From: Octopus sinensis
Lineage: Eukaryota
Direction of reading: 5' to 3'
DNA: 64,000 bases
Assembly (NCBI RefSeq): GCF_006345805.1
Contig: NC_043023.1
Span: 7,502,001 to 7,566,000 of the forward strand
Under the pieces are notes generated by a model. It saw nothing but the letters and a program-made list of their open reading frames with translations, made no database searches and was not told where the DNA came from. This document shows positions 25,735 through 37,676 of the stretch, piece after piece (position 1 is the first letter of the stretch; the number at the start of each line of letters is the position of its first letter). A program made the position numbers and the translations under genes.

Positions 25735-25779
25735 TGTACGCCGACGACAGGTCAATACCTAGAAACTGCAGTCCGTGCA
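25735..25779 (+). ncRNA. Type I hammerhead-like motif, CCGACGA core, GUC cleavage triplet
   Basis: Stem I UGUACG/CGUGCA; core CCGACGA; stem II AGGU-CAAU-ACCU closed by C.A; GAAA; palindromic stem III ACUGCAGU; C17 at 25773. Confidence 0.65.
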
Positions 25780-26039
25780 TATCACTTAGGTTGACGAGGG
25801 AAGGATGACCTCCCTTTGCAAATACCATAAGCGCACAGAAAGTGTGCCTAAAGCCAGGTGGAGACAATGTTATCCTGGGGCTACAAGCTACAGTAACACC
25901 CACCCTTAGTGGTTAGCCATATTGAGATGGCAAGTATACCTCACATATATAGGGAGAGTTTACGAAAAAAACAAGACGAAGACAGGTGGTGTACAAAATA
26001 AACAGATGCATTAGTATAATGCTCAGGAATTGAAAAAGG

Positions 26040-26075
26040 ATTTTACGTTTCGAGCCTACGCTCTTCTACAGAAAG
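26040..26075 (-). ncRNA. Minimal hammerhead-like motif at a Penelope-type element end (CUGUAGA core)
   Basis: CUUU-CUGUAGA-A-GAGC(GUAG)GCUC-GAAA-CGU-A-AAAU; ACGU palindromic stem III. Confidence 0.45.
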
Positions 26076-26120
26076 GTACACAGAAAAAACAAGGAGAGAA
26101 AAAAAATGTGTGTAGTGGCT

Positions 26121-26336
26121 AGGAGGGCTGAAAAGTTCGTGGCTTTAAGGGTCTCGCGAAAGGTCTGTTTGGAGGCCCAATCTTCTGAGTTTTTTTTACA
26201 GGGTTTAGACAAGCTGAAGGGCCGCTGCAATAAGTGTGTGAATCTAAGAAGGGAATATGCTGAATAAAATCATAATTAACTGATCCTCCAGCATTTTCTT
26301 TTACCCAAAATCAGGAACTTTTCAGCACCCCTTTGT
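26121..26336 (+). mobile_element. Mariner-derived MITE retaining the transposase C-terminus (truncated copy at 25000-25158; fragment near 47385-47425)
   Basis: TIRs (g)gggtgctgaaaagttc; internal FFLQGLDKLKGRCNKCVNLRREYAE, like the mariner GI.KL..RW.KC....G.Y.E end. Confidence 0.75.
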
Positions 26337-26374
26337 GTATGTGGGACAGACAAACAGACGGATAGATGGATAAG

Positions 26375-26439
<65 letters not shown>

Positions 26440-26442
26440 GGG

Positions 26443-26489
<47 letters not shown>

Positions 26490-26829
26490 GTAGGTAGATA
26501 GATAAATAGACAGACGGACGGACGGACGGACAGACAGACAGATAGACGGGTAGATAGAGAGATAGATAGATGGGTAGATAGGTGGATAGATGGCTAGATA
26601 GATAGGTAGATAGATATAGATAGGTAGATATATATATATATATATAGATAGATACATACATACATATGTGTGTGTCTGTATGTATACATACTTATACAAA
26701 TATTACATATATAAATTATATATATACACACACACACAGGCAAACCCATCCACGCACATTCAACATCATTATCATTAATCATCATCATCATCAACAACTT
26801 CGTCGCCTTGCGAAAACGTAAACTTATAC

Positions 26830-26860
26830 ACTCACCTGCGATTCGGTTACAGCGACAACT
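26830..26860 (-). other. Candidate non-coding 5' exon end of IFT140 (CAG|GTGAGT donor after 26836)
   Basis: Consensus donor in unique CpG-containing sequence between the promoter motifs and the acceptor at 23229; unverified without RNA data. Confidence 0.4.
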
Positions 26861-27104
26861 ATATATCTACATGTATATATACAAACATATATACATCAAT
26901 ATATATATATTATATACACACCCACTTACTTCAATCAATCCATGTATATATCAATATACACACCCATATATATATATAATTATGTGAATACATACATATA
27001 TCTACATGTAAGTTTATATGTATATATATATATAAATATAATATATATTTATATATATATAATGTATGTTTAAGTGCGTCAGAAGCCGATGGATGGCGGT
27101 GTTG

Positions 27105-27118
27105 GTTTCCAAGGCAAC
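27105..27118. promoter_or_regulatory. RFX X-box (GTTTCCAAGGCAAC) upstream of IFT140
   Basis: Near-match to the X-box consensus GTTNCCATGGNAAC (only the central T differs) in a CpG-richer unique patch upstream of a ciliary gene; RFX control of IFT genes is established. Confidence 0.7.
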
Positions 27119-27146
27119 TAAATGCACAACATTTCACAAACTTCCT

Positions 27147-27156
27147 CCGCCATGTT
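27147..27156. promoter_or_regulatory. YY1-type motif CCGCCATGTT (second core GATGGCGG at 27092-27099)
   Basis: Matches CCGCCATNTT; flanks the X-box in the presumptive promoter. Confidence 0.45.
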
Positions 27157-27358
27157 TGTTTATATTGTCGCAATGCATGACGGGAGAATGTTGGTCTTGA
27201 AACTTTTCTGTTGCTCCAAGTTTCTTGATAAGAGTTACCTGCCATTGGGTCCCGATCGCAAGCCCCGCTAGAAATAGCAGCCAAATATAAACTATCAAAC
27301 ATCCTCCTCAATTCGCCCCTAAATTCGGGCTAAATTTGACGATTTTTTTTAATGTTTG

Positions 27359-27957
27359 GGATCTTTTCGCTTTGACAGGCAGATTTTTAAAGTAATTTCT
27401 TTGTAACTAAGCACTTTTAAACTTCGTATACTGGTAGAATGTGTTTATAAAACATCATTTTCTCTTGGCTTTCTTGTGAAAATTCTATAGTTTGTAAGAT
27501 ATTTGTTGTTTCTTTTCTTCAATTTCTGCAATTTCAACCAATCACTGACGTCTATTGAGGTAAAAAAAACATGGATCATTTTGGTTTGAACGGCAGTTTT
27601 TTAAAATAATTTCCACGTAACTAAACACTTTTAAACTTCGTATACTGGTAGAATGTGTTTACAAAACATCTTTTTCTCTTGGGTTTCTCGAGAAAATTCT
27701 GTAGTTTGTAAGATATTTGTTGTTAAATTTCATGCATTTCGGCAATTTCAACCAATCAATGACGTCTATTGAGGTGAATACAATTTCTCCAGATCGTTGT
27801 CAACAACAATTATTTGCGGTGTCATATGAATCTGTCTACAGAATTTTCTCAATAAAGCCAAGAGAAAAAGATGTTTTATAAACACATTCTACCAGTATAC
27901 GAAGTTTAAAAGTGTTTAGTTACGTGGAAATTATTTAAAAAGTCTGCCTGTCAAACC
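27359..27957. mobile_element. Rearranged copy of the same GGATC-TIR element (two direct left halves + one inverted half)
   Basis: aaacttcgtatactggtagaatgtgttta occurs forward near 27419 and 27634 and inverted near 27880. Confidence 0.75.
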
Positions 27958-28228
27958 TTTTTATCCTTTTTTTTTCTTTCAGAAACAGCTTAATGTATTG
28001 GTGAACTGAACAATCAAAGGTGTTGGAGAGCATAAAGATTTAAGTTGTAGTTGAGAAAAAACTGACGTAGAGGCCTGGAAGCCATCTAAATATTCCTTTC
28101 TCTGATAAGCACAAAGCCGGAAATTTTAGGTGTTTTAGGGTTAGTCGATATATCAATGCCCATGCTTGACTGGTACCGATTTTATTGGGGCAAAGGTAAA
28201 GAATACACACACCACCCGTTTTCGCCGT

Positions 28229-28255
28229 TTAGGGTTAGGGTTAGGGTTAGGGTTA
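28229..28255 (+). repeat. Short interstitial (TTAGGG)4 tract
   Basis: ttagggttagggttagggttagggtta; related (TTAAGG) units resume at about 28665-28680 beyond a SINE. Confidence 0.85.
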
Positions 28256-29399
28256 CTCTTACTCTTTTACTTGTTTCAGTCATTTGACTGCGGCCATGCT
28301 GGAGCACCGCCTTTAATCGAGCAACTCGACCCCGGGACTTGTTCTTTGTAAGCCCAGTAGTTATTCTATTGGTTGTTTTTGCCGAACCGCTAAGTGACGG
28401 GGACATAAACACACCAGCATCGGTTGTCAAGCAATGCTAGGGGGACAAACACAGACACACAAACATACATGCACATACATATATATACATATATACGACG
28501 GGCTTCTTTCAGTTTCCCTCTACCAAATCCACTCACAAGGCCTTGGTCGGCCCGAGGCTATAGTAGAAGACACTTGCTCAAGGTGCCATGCAGTGGGACT
28601 GAACCCGGAACCATGTGGTTGGTAAACAAGCTACTTACCACACAGCCACGCCTACGCCTTTGGGGTTAAGGTTAAGGTTACGCCGAAAATGAGGGATGTG
28701 CGTATTCTTTACCTCCGCTTTTATCGGCCCAGAAAGGATGAAATGCAAAGTCGACCTTAGTGGAATTTGAACTCAGAAGGTAGGGACGGACGAAATAATG
28801 CTATTAAGCGTTTTGTCTGGCGTACTAACAATTTTAGCAACTCGCCGCTTTATTTAAATATTGGTTTCAAATTGTAGTACGGGGCCAACAACTTCAGAGG
28901 AGGGGAACATGTTGATTACATTCACGCCTGTGTTCAAATGGTACTTATTTTATTGATCCTGAGAGGATGAAGGTAAAGAGAGGCGGAATGCTGTCAGGTG
29001 TAGCGTAGCTCAGTGAGATCCTCACTGTTTGAGAGATATATTAGAAATGATGTCGTCTTTGATAGCAACCATCTTTCGGCTGCTTAAGCTCAGTGTATCT
29101 GCTACACTGATTGGTTGGTTTTGATGCAGACTTATTTCGCGCCAGTGTGTAAGCCAACCAATCACAGCCTTAGGATAAGGTCCCATGACACAGTCTTTTG
29201 GATTTTCTTCTGGATCCTCTAGAATGTTATAAAAAAAACCCAGTGATCCAGAGAATCGAGGTCTTTGGTTCTAGTCCTTCTTGGGACTAACCTCTGACCA
29301 CAGAGCAACTCAGCCATGTTCCACCAACAGACCGCGACACCAACACCAGCAGCACTTCAGGACCTCCACCATCATCGGTTTCACTTTGATGCTGTGAGA

Positions 29400-30200
29400 A
29401 AAGTTCTGTTGCAGTGTTAATTTAAATTTGGCTCTGGTGGACCGAATTCACTTCATGCATGCAAGATCCACTACAACTGTAAACACTATGGACAGCTGCA
29501 ATAGAGACTACAAAGCCATGACCAGCAGAAAGGGACACAGTAGGTATTCTGATAGTGTCTGCATGTTGAAATTCATCCAAGAACTGACAAACAGGACCAT
29601 AGGCTAAATTCAGATGGCTATGTGAAGCTGCTACAGACTGTTCAAACCCTGACTGGAGAGGGTCGCGGCTGGAAGGCCATATGTGTGGTAGCAGGATTTT
29701 AGGTGAGCTTAAGGCGGCAAGCTGGTAGAAACATTAGCATGCCAGGTGAAATGCTTAGTGGTATTTTGTGTGCCATTACGTTCTGAGTTCAAATTACGCC
29801 GAGGTCGACTTTGCCTTTCATCCTTTTGGGGTCGATAATTTAAGTACCAGATACGCACTGGTGTCAATATAATCAACTTAATCCCTTTGTCTGTCCTTGT
29901 TTGTCCCCTCTATGTTTAGCCCCTTTGTGGGCAATAAAGAAATAAGGATTTAGTTCCTTGACATACCTCCAGAAAGAATCAGAAGTGGTCATTGGAGAAT
30001 TTCTATGATTTCACTAACCCCAATTTCTGGCCCCTCATTCCCTTGATACCTGCAACACCAAGGTTGATCTGCTGGCCAAGATCAAGGAGGTACTTGAAGA
30101 TCTTCCCAGGAACACAGTGAGGAATGCATACACCAGGTTCCAGTACCGTCTTGAGGCTGTGGGGGAAGCTGAGGGCAGCTACTCTTATCTCCCAGCCATA
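29400..30200 (+). mobile_element. Fossil Tc1/mariner (maT/DD37D-like) transposase, split by a SINE
   Basis: Fragments NSDGYVKLL, KP*LERVAAGRPYVW*QD, HTSRKNQKW.LENFYDF..PNFWP and CNTKVDLLAKIKEV...F..RLEAV.EA.G, with stops and frameshifts. Confidence 0.75.
29710..29945 (+). mobile_element. SINE-like family C (AAGGCGGCGAGCTGGCAGAAACGTTAGC...); representative copy
   Basis: Other copies at about 3456-3690, 3900-4100(-), 13060-14270 (array), 19390-19590, 24285-24505(-), 30920-31140(-). Confidence 0.8.
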
Positions 30201-31369
30201 ATCTAGTTGATATTTTTTTGTTTCTTTAAAATACCTTTATTTGGATGAGATATTTTTGTTTTTGGATTTGGATTTGGTCACATATGTAGAGATGCACATC
30301 CATACATACAAACATGGTACATAGTTGCATAACACACAGACATGCACACACAAGGAGACAGAGGTGCATACATAAAAAACACACACTCATAAACACACAC
30401 ACAGAGAAAATACACAAACACGGACATACAAGCACATGAATATGCAGGATACATACATACAGATGCACACACACACATACATATATACATATGCATACAC
30501 ACACATATATACATGCACATGTATACATACACACATACATACATGCATGCATGTATGGGCACACACACACACACACACACACATAAACCACACACACACA
30601 CACACACACTGACCAAGACACATGCACACAAACAAACAAAAAGGAACGCAGTGTAAATAACGGACAGAGTCAAAACTATTGAAAAGGTTACAAGACGCAA
30701 CAAAAATATTAGGAAAATAAAAATAAGAAATAAGTGGAAATTCTATCAGCGAGTGTGTTAAATTATAAGGCACAAAAAGAAAATGACTCTCCCCAGACAC
30801 AACAGAATATTGTTGTTTTCTTTTCCTTTTATAAAATCTGTCAAATTTAGCCCAAACATCCAGTATAAACACACACACACACACACATACCATTATCATC
30901 ATCATTATCTATTTCTTTACTACCCACAAGGGGCTAAACACAGAGGGGACAAACAAGGACAGACAAACGGATTAAGTCGATTACATCGACCCCAGTGCAT
31001 AACTGGTACTTAATTTATCGACCTCGAATAGATGAAAGGCAAAGTCGACCTCGGCGGAATTTGAACTCAGAACGTAACGGCAGACGAATTACGGCTACGC
31101 ATTTCGCCCGGCGTCCTAACGTTTCTGCCAGCTCGCCTCCTTATATCATCATCATCAACATCGTTTAATGTCTGCTTTCCATGGTGGCATGGGTTGAATG
31201 GTTTGACTGAGGACTGGTAAGCCAGGAGGTTGCACCAGGCTCCAATCTGATCTGTGTTTCTGTTTCGTTCTATGCAAATTTTAAGTCCATATTCCACAAA
31301 ATTTCAGAAATCACACTTGATGGAGCTCAATCATGTCTGCAGTTTAGTGTTGCACAGAACATCAAATCC

Positions 31370-32375
31370 TAGAATGAAGAAAGAAGGAAAGGGAAGGAGG
31401 GAGGGAGGAGTGAGGAAGAAAAGAGAGGGGAAAGGAAAGAAAGAAAGAAAGAGGGAAACAACAAAACAAAGAAAGAAAGGGGAGAAATAAAGCAAGGTAG
31501 AGAGAAAAGAAAGAAGGAAAGAAAGAAAAAATAAAGAAAGAAGGAAGGCAAGAAAAACAAAAAGAAAGAAAAAAGAAAGAAAGAATGAAAGAAAAGGAGA
31601 AACAAAGAAAGAAGGAAAGGCAAAAAGGAAGAAAAAAAGAAAGAAAGAAAGAATGAAAGAAAGAAAAGGAGAAACAAAGAAAAAAAGAACGAAAGAAGGA
31701 AGGCAAGAAAAACAAAAAGAAAGAAAGAAAGGAGAAGGAAAGACAAAAAGGAAAAAAAAGAAAGAACAAAAGAAAGAAAAGGAGAAAGAAAGAAGGAAGA
31801 AAAAATAAAGAAAGAAAGAACAAAAGAAAGAAAAGGAGAAACAAAGAAAGAAAGAAGGAAGAAAAGTAAGACCAAAAGGAAGAAAAAATAAAGAAAGAAA
31901 GAACAAAAGAAAGAAAAGGAGAAACAAAGAAAGAAAGAAGGAAGAAAAGTAGACAAAAAGGAAGAAAAAATAAAGAAAGAACAAAAAGAGAAAAAGAGAA
32001 ACAAAGAAAGGTAGGAAGGAAGGAAGGAAAAGGAGGGAGGAAGGAAACAAGAAAGAAAGAAGGAAAGAAGGAAGGAAATGGTGTTTTTTGGTTCATGAGA
32101 AGGTGATCTCCAGCATGAATGGAATGTATTTGCTGCTGAAAGGAAAGAAAAGAGAGAAGATAGTGAAAAGGGTGTGTTGGGACACACCCTGAAGTCACAG
32201 GGAGGGGTACAATGTAAGTGAAATGGTAGAGGAGGTTGCATAAGGTGGGCGAGTGAGCAGATGGGTAAGTTGTGCAAGAGTGCAAAAAAGGTAAGTGGAG
32301 ATGATGAGGCTGAGGGAATTATATGAGTGAACACGGATGGAGACAGGTAGAAAGACGAGATGTGGTGGGAGGATT

Positions 32376-32413
<38 letters not shown>

Positions 32414-32582
32414 GAGAGATAGATAGATAGAGCTAGATAGATAGACAGATAGATAGGTAGATAGATAGAGAGATAGATAGATAGAGAGAGAGAGAGATAA
32501 ATAGATAGAGAGATAGATAGATAAAGAGATAGATAAAGAGATAGATAGAGAGAGAGATAAATAGATAGAGAGAGATAAATAG

Positions 32583-32615
<33 letters not shown>

Positions 32616-32627
32616 TAGATAGATAGG

Positions 32628-32667
<40 letters not shown>

Positions 32668-33250
32668 GAGATAGACAGACAGACAGATAGATAGGTAGAT
32701 AGATAGATAGATAGATATAGATAGATAGATAGATAGAGAGATAGACAGACAGACAGATAGATAGGTAGATAGATAGATAGATAGATAGATATAGATAGAT
32801 AGATAGATAGAGAGATAGACAGACAGACAGATAGATAGGTAGATAGATAGATAGATATAGATAGATAGATAGATAGAGAGATAGACAGACAGACAGATAG
32901 ATAGGTAGATAGATAGATAGATAGATATAGATAGATAGATAGATAGAGAGATAGACAGACAGACAGATAGATAGGTAGATAGATAGAGATAGATATAGAA
33001 GATTGATAGATAGAGAGATAGACAGACAAACAGATAGATAGGTAGATAGATAGATAGATAGATATAGATAGATAGATAGATAGAGAGATAGACAGACAAA
33101 CAGATAGATAGGTAGATAGATAGATAGATAGATATAGATAGATAGATAGATAGAGAGATAGACAGACAGACAGATAGATAGGTAGATAGATAGATAGATA
33201 GATATAGATAGATTGATAGATAGAGAGACAGACAGACAGATAGATAGTTA
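31370..33250. repeat. Polypurine (GAAA)n tract (31370-32080) and compound (GATA)n/(GACA)n satellite (32385-33250)
   Basis: Directly visible; the long 239-684-aa ORFs here are artefacts. Confidence 0.95.
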
Positions 33251-33566
33251 CTTGGTGACCCTGCCTGTGCTGGTGCCATGTAAAAAGCATCCAGTTCACA
33301 CTGTGAAGTAGTTGGCATTTGGGAGGGCATTCGGTTGTAAAAACTATGCCAAAACAGAAGCGGTAGCCTGGTGTAGTCTTCTACGTGGCCATCTCCTGTC
33401 AAACCTTCCAACCATGCCAGCATAGAAGGCAGACATTAAACGATGATGATGGGGAGGATGAGGATGGCCATCACTAACTTCACTTTTGTCCTTCTGGGGT
33501 TGATAAAATAAAGTACTAGTATAATTCTGGGGGTAGATTTATTATTCCTCTAAAATATCCTAGATA

Positions 33567-34861
33567 ATAATAATAATAATGAAATTATTGTATCCAGTGC
33601 TCAGGTGCACCAGAACTTGTCAAAAGTGCATATAAAGTATATGCAGTAATGTACAAATGTCTGGAAAGCGAACAGTGTATGAGTCGATACATGCTTGCGT
33701 GTGTATGGAGGGGAGAAAATCAGGTGTAGTGTTGGCCAATCTCAGGAAGCATGGAAGTTCTGAAGGATGCAGTGCTCTGGCAACTAACAACTGATACCGG
33801 CAGTTTGTTCCATGCTTCAGCAACTCTTAGGGTGAAAAAATGTTTCCGAAAGTCATGGGAGCTGTGCTGTTTTCTGACTTTGTAAACATGTCCACGGGTG
33901 TTAGACAGGTAGAGTTTTTAAATAATAATAATAATAATGAAATTATTGTATCCAGTGCTCAGGTGCACCACAACTTGTCAAAAGTGCATATAAAGCATAC
34001 GCAGTAATGTAGAAATGTCTGGGAAGTGAACAGTGTATGAGTCAGATACATGCTTGCGTGTGTATGGAGGGGAGAAAATCAGGTGTAGTGTTGGCGAATC
34101 TCAGGAAGCATGGAAGTTTTGAAGGATGCAGTGCTCTGACAACTAACAACTGATACCGGCAGTTTGTTAGTTCATACTTCAGCAACTCTTAGTGTGAAAA
34201 AATGTTTCCGAAAGTCATGGGAGCTGTGCTGTTTTCTGACTGTGTAAACATGTCTACAGGTGTTAGACGGGTGGAGTTTGAAAAAGTGCTCAGAGTTATT
34301 GTTAGTAAGATGGTTAATAATTTTATGGGTGTCTGCCAAGTCAGCTGCCAGACGTCGGAGTTTCAATGTGTCCATGCCCAGGGAAGTAAGGCATTCAGAA
34401 TATGGCAAATGCCTGATGGAGGGTATTCTCTTGGTTGCACATCGCTGAACGATTTTCAGATGATTAATATCCTGGGCAAGATAGGGGTTCCAGACCAGTG
34501 ATGCAAATTCCAGGTGAGGTTGTACCATAGCTATATAAAGCCGCAGATAAATAGCCAGAGAGCGGCTCACAAAGTACTTGGTAAGTGATGCCAAGACACC
34601 CTCAGCCTTCTTGAAAAGGTGCTCAGAGTTATTGTTTGTAAGATGGTTCATAATTTTATAGGTGTCTGCCAAGTCAGCTGCCAGACGTTGGAGTTTCAAT
34701 GTGTCCATGCCCAGGGAAGTAAGGCGTTCAGAATATGGCAAATGCTTGATGGAGGGTATTCTTTTGGTTGCACGTCGCTGAACGGTTTTCAGACGATTAA
34801 TATCCTGGGCAAGATAGGGGTTCCAGACCGATGATGCAAATTCCAGGTGAGGCCGCACCAA
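33567..34861 (-). mobile_element. CR1/L2-clade LINE 3' end present as three nested tandem segments
   Basis: The 229-aa ORF repeats VRPHLEFAS.VWNPY...RLAADLADT.KI twice in frame; the 3' UTR + (ATT)n tail occurs twice (about 33567 and 33922). Confidence 0.85.
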
Positions 34862-35689
34862 TGGAATTATAATATCTAAGCCCTTTCAAGCAAGTGAAAC
34901 AGAGAATTCTGTATGGCTGTTGGCAACTAGAAATAGCAGTCAATTTCCCTCAGATCACATATTATTGTTTCAAAAAAGGGGATAGATCATATATATAATC
35001 AAACAGGATACCTGTGACTGGAACACTTTTGATGACTGATCTTATTCAATTGTAATTTACGGTGAACAGAAGTTTCACAGGTGAGAGAAAAAATGAGGAA
35101 GAGATAGAGATAGATAGATAGATAGATAGAAAGAGAGAGAAATAGGTGTGGTAGTTGAAACAAAGTGTAAATTATTACCTGTCTACTTGCATGCCCCGGT
35201 ATCTGCTTGTCTGTCTGTGTGTCTATCTGACAGTCTGTCTCTATAACTATTTATCTACCTTTCTGACTCAATATTATGTAATTATACATATATGTATGCA
35301 CGTACATACACACACACACACTCACATACACACACACACACTCACATACACACATATAATACATATAGGTATACATACACATACATACATACATATACGT
35401 ATACACCACCACACTCACATGCATGTACACATGCATACACACACACATACATACATACCTACAGGTATACACACACACACACACTCACATACACACATAT
35501 AATACATATAGGTATACATACACACATACATACATACATACATATATGTATACACTCCCCCCACACACACAGAAGCACACATGCACACACATATACATAC
35601 ATATAGGTACACACACCCACACACACAAAACACACATATGGATGGGTGGATGGATGCAGGCAGGTTCTCTTCCATTTTTATTTATTTGT

Positions 35690-35950
35690 ATTCTTCTGGT
35701 TTCTAACAAAGATACAAAGCTCCATCATTGGAATGTAGATAGCAAGAACAATGTCACGTTTTGACCTTGAAAAGGTCTTGCATATTTTTACTGTTCCACT
35801 TACAGATTATATTTGCAATGAATGAGTCAGTTGCTTGATTATTTTTTCTGAAAACCCTAGCTTATCCAGGTTATCACTTTGGCTTTTACTTACAAAACCA
35901 AATGTACCGGTTATTATTGGTATAAATGTGAATTTGTAATCTGGGGACAC
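35690..35950 (-). mobile_element. R4/Dong-like (restriction-like endonuclease) LINE 3' end
   Basis: PDYKFTFIPIITGTFGFV...NLDKLGFS...LQI*SVSGTVKICKTF matches the C-terminal IPIIIGALG...LQ...GT.KI pattern of RLE LINEs. Confidence 0.6.
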
Positions 35951-36330
35951 TAGGTCTGTGGGAAGACCGTTCTTACGATACAAGGATGTTTGCAAAAAGG
36001 ACATGAAAGCCTGCGACATCAATATTAGCAACTGGGAAGCAGTTGCCAGCAACCGTGGAGATTAGCAACGTACCGTAAAAGAGGGAACACAAAGGAGTGA
36101 CAGAGGGAGAGAGGAGAAATGGAAAGACAAGAAAAGACGTCAACAAGAAACTATGACATTACAACCAGCCAGGCAAAGTCTTCGCTACATTTGCGGCACC
36201 TACCAGAGGGAGTGTTTGTCCAGGATAGGACTACACAGCCACAGCAGGAGATGTATTAGGACATGAAATGGAAAAGCCGGACTACATTATTTTATGCGCA
36301 ACTCCATTGTCTCCCGAGACAAAAAGGATG
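35950..36330 (+). mobile_element. RTE/BovB-like LINE 3' end
   Basis: GRP.LRYKDVCK.DMK..DI....WE..A..R and the C-terminal C..C.R.C.SRIGL.SH zinc-knuckle remnant. Confidence 0.7.
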
Positions 36331-36829
36331 CGTATATCTATATCTATATCTATATATATTTTTTCTTTTCTTTTATTCTTTATTATTTTACTTGTTTCAG
36401 TCATTTGACTGCGGCCATGCTGGAGCACCACCTTTAGCCAAGCAAATCGACCTCAGGACTTATTCTTTGTAAGCCTAGTACTTATTCTATCGGTCTCTTT
36501 TTTCGAAACTCTAAGTTACAGGGATGTAAACACACCAGCATCGGTTGTCAAGCGATGTTGGGGGACAGAGACACACAAACACACACATACACACATATAC
36601 AGATAAGATATATATATATATATATACACATATACGATGGGCTTCTTTCAGTTTCCGTCTACCAAATCCACTCACAAGGCTTTGGTCGGACCAAGGCTAC
36701 AGTAGAAGACACTTGCCTAAGGTGTCACGCAGTGGGACTGAACCCAGAGCCATGCGGTTCGTAAGCAAGATACTTACCACACATCCACTCCTACGCCTAT
36801 ATATAAATATATCATCATCATCATCATCA

Positions 36830-37430
36830 TCATTTAACGTCCATTTTCCATTCTAGCATGGGTTGGACAGTTCAACCTGGTCTGGGAAGCCAGGAGGCTG
36901 CACCAGGCTCCAGTCTGATCCAGTATCTGCTCTGGCATGGTTTCTACAGCTGGATGCCCTTCCTAACACCAACCACTCCATGAGTGTAGTGGGTGCTTTT
37001 AACGTGCCAGGGGAGATTGACAACAGCCACAAGCAGCTAGTGCTTTTTACATGCCACCGGCACAGATGCCAGTCAAGGTGGTGCTGGCATCGGCCACGTT
37101 CGGATGGTGCTTTTTATGTGTCACTGGCACAGGTATCACAACTATAGTTTCCATTTGATCTTTTGATGTTGATGTACTTGACTCAATAGGTCTTCTCAAG
37201 TACAGCCGGCCGTCCTGCGATCCAAGGTACTTTGGATGGACTGGGGCTGCTATGTGAAGCTGGTGCAGGAAACAGCTATGAACTCATGTTATTTGTCGGG
37301 TCTTCATAGTCACTGCATATCTCCAGAGATCTTAGTCTTTCGTCATTGCCTCTGTGAGGCCCAACATTTGAAGATCATGCTTAACCACCTCATCCCATGT
37401 CTTCCTGGGTCTACCTCTATCCCGGATTCC
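36830..37430 (+). mobile_element. Family D ((CAT)n-CGTTTAACGTCC...CATGGGTTGG end; some copies continue into RTE-like GRPRKTWDEVVK.DL..LGL.E.MT.D coding remnants); representative copy
   Basis: Other copies at about 70-250, 2960-3220, 21700-22330, 22330-22790 (opposite orientation), 33250-33450, 37920-39180, 49200-49630, 50490-50720, 53960-54100. Confidence 0.75.
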
Positions 37431-37475
37431 TTCAAGCACACACATATATATACATATATATACATATACATACAT

Positions 37476-37576
<101 letters not shown>

Positions 37577-37676
37577 TATATATAGAGAGAGAATTCACAA
37601 AAAAACAAAAGACGAAGACAGGTGGTGTAGACAACAAACAGATGTATTAGTTTAAACACTTGGGAAGTGAAAAAGT

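Noticed and set aside
27118-27311. 126-aa minus-strand ORF (26931-27311) as an extra IFT140 coding exon
   Set aside because: No similarity to IFT140, runs into (TA)n; the true N-terminus is at 23184.
31331-33423. 239-684-aa ORFs rich in F/L/S/I/Y
   Set aside because: Products of (GAAA)n and (GATA)n satellites lacking stops on one strand.
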